Source: Candidatus Latescibacterota bacterium (lineage in GTDB: Bacteria > Latescibacterota > UBA2968 > UBA8231). Taken from it: 64,000 bases of DNA. A program made the position numbers and the translations under genes. Positions within the stretch are counted from its first letter, which is position 1; each line of letters begins with the position of its first letter. Shown here piece after piece: positions 62,918 through 64,000 of the stretch. Where the stretch lies: positions 3,200,001-3,264,000 of the forward strand of contig OZ241362.1 of NCBI GenBank assembly GCA_965200315.1, read 5' to 3'. The notes below the pieces were generated by a model. That model ran no database searches and was not told the origin of the DNA. It saw only the letters and a list, made by a program, of their open reading frames with translations.

Positions 62918-63691
62918 TCAGTTCAGCCGCCGCAGCCGGATCATCCGCAACACCCAATAGGCTCCCAAGGCACCGAGCAGATGCTTGCAAGTATGACCGC
63001 TGATGACTCCTCCGGCCGCGTAGAGGGCTTGGTCAAACACCTCGGCGGCTTTCGCGAGCAGATAAAACAGACCGGCGATGTAGAAATCGGACCCGCGCGT
63101 GTACGGCGACGGCAGCAGGCGAACCATGAGAGGCACGAATAGAATCGGATAGGCTTGGGCGACGATGTAATAACGTAGATCGCCGGCCCCGGCCTGCTCG
63201 GTATAATGCCAGTACAACACGCTGAAAAGGCCGAAGGCAATCAGCGGCAGCAAGGTGATAATGCCAGCGCGCCGGTCCAGGCGCTCGGTGATCGCCGTAG
63301 CGAGAAACGCCATGAAGGCAATGCTCATCGGCAGGCGATCCCACAGGAGCGTTCCGTTGCTGGGGGCCAAGTGGTAGTAGGTGGAGCCGAGGCCAACCAG
63401 CGCCACCGCGAGGAAGAGGATCTGATAGGCCAGCGAATCAACTGGCCGCACAAACGCCTGCTGAGCGGGAGCCGTGACGAGTCGGAAAACAACACTGAAT
63501 CCCCACAGACCCACCAACAGAAAGGGCAGGTTGGAGATAACGTTCAGGCAATGGGGAATGCCCAACAGGGTGCGCTGATCGGCGAACTGGTGATAGGCAG
63601 GGGCTTGCGGAATGGGTGCTTGCAGGAAAATGACCGCCCAGAAGGTGATCGTCAGATAGGCGAGAATCCGGAGTCGGTAGTTGCGTTTCAT
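62918..63691 (-). CDS. Ceramidase-domain membrane protein
   Basis: YHQFADQR, NVISNLPF, GSTYYH, WDRLPM, SGHTCKH. Confidence 0.92.
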   Translation of the reverse strand: MKRNYRLRILAYLTITFWAVIFLQAPIPQAPAYHQFADQRTLLGIPHCLNVISNLPFLLVGLWGFSVVFRLVTAPAQQAFVRPVDSLAYQILFLAVALVGLGSTYYHLAPSNGTLLWDRLPMSIAFMAFLATAITERLDRRAGIITLLPLIAFGLFSVLYWHYTEQAGAGDLRYYIVAQAYPILFVPLMVRLLPSPYTRGSDFYIAGLFYLLAKAAEVFDQALYAAGGVISGHTCKHLLGALGAYWVLRMIRLRRLN

Positions 63692-64000
63692 TTATATATC
63701 GCCTTGACAAAATTTCACGACATGTACGCTACAATTAAGTACATATCATAGGGCGAATCAAACGATTTTTACCTAGCGGGCTTTGGCCTGTCATCTTAAG
63801 GTGCATCCTGTGCCTGCGGTCTAGACTGCTTCTGCCAAGAGACAATCTAGACCCCATGCCTTGACCGACTCTCGGTAACGCCCTTTCTTATTTTGAAGAC
63901 GACAGAATTCAGGTCCATTATTTTTATAACTGATTGTTATATAATGAATTACATAGATTATATTTTGCAAATTTTCTATGACTTTCATCGTGATAAAGTA

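Noticed and set aside
63700-64000. Short inverted repeats (ATGTAC/GTACAT, GGTCTAGA/TCTAGACC) and an AT-rich tail
   Set aside because: Probably divergent promoter or operator DNA; the downstream context is cut off by the window edge

Overview
GC-rich bacterial chromosomal window. The gene mix (sulfatase, several PhyH dioxygenases, MDR and Gfo/Idh/MocA oxidoreductases, an enolase-superfamily dehydratase) suggests an uncultured heterotroph such as Ca. Latescibacterota; this is inference only. The core scaffold is tmRNA, ilvD, tamB-tamA, queC-queE, metG, polA and a threonine aldolase. Many gaps between these genes hold gene fragments, decayed toxin-antitoxin modules and low-GC single-gene inserts. 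Mobile DNA comprises two inverted 960-bp IS5-family copies and a 3.2-kb IS1-family element with passenger genes, 23-bp TIRs and an 8-bp TSD. Top observations: (1) an unannotated ~300-nt, promoter- and terminator-bounded structured RNA at 28.9-29.2 kb carrying a 16-nt complement of the 16S rRNA 3' end ahead of a 12-codon ORF; (2) a solitary DNA methyltransferase gene flanked by a 37-bp duplication of the polA 3' end; (3) both IS5 copies share an in-frame TGA, a palindromic in-frame insertion and a marked A:T>C:G substitution bias; (4) the IS1 cargo, a ClpP-fold protease and a lipoprotein gene wrapped in structured RNA. All product calls come from motif recognition by eye; no database searches were run.
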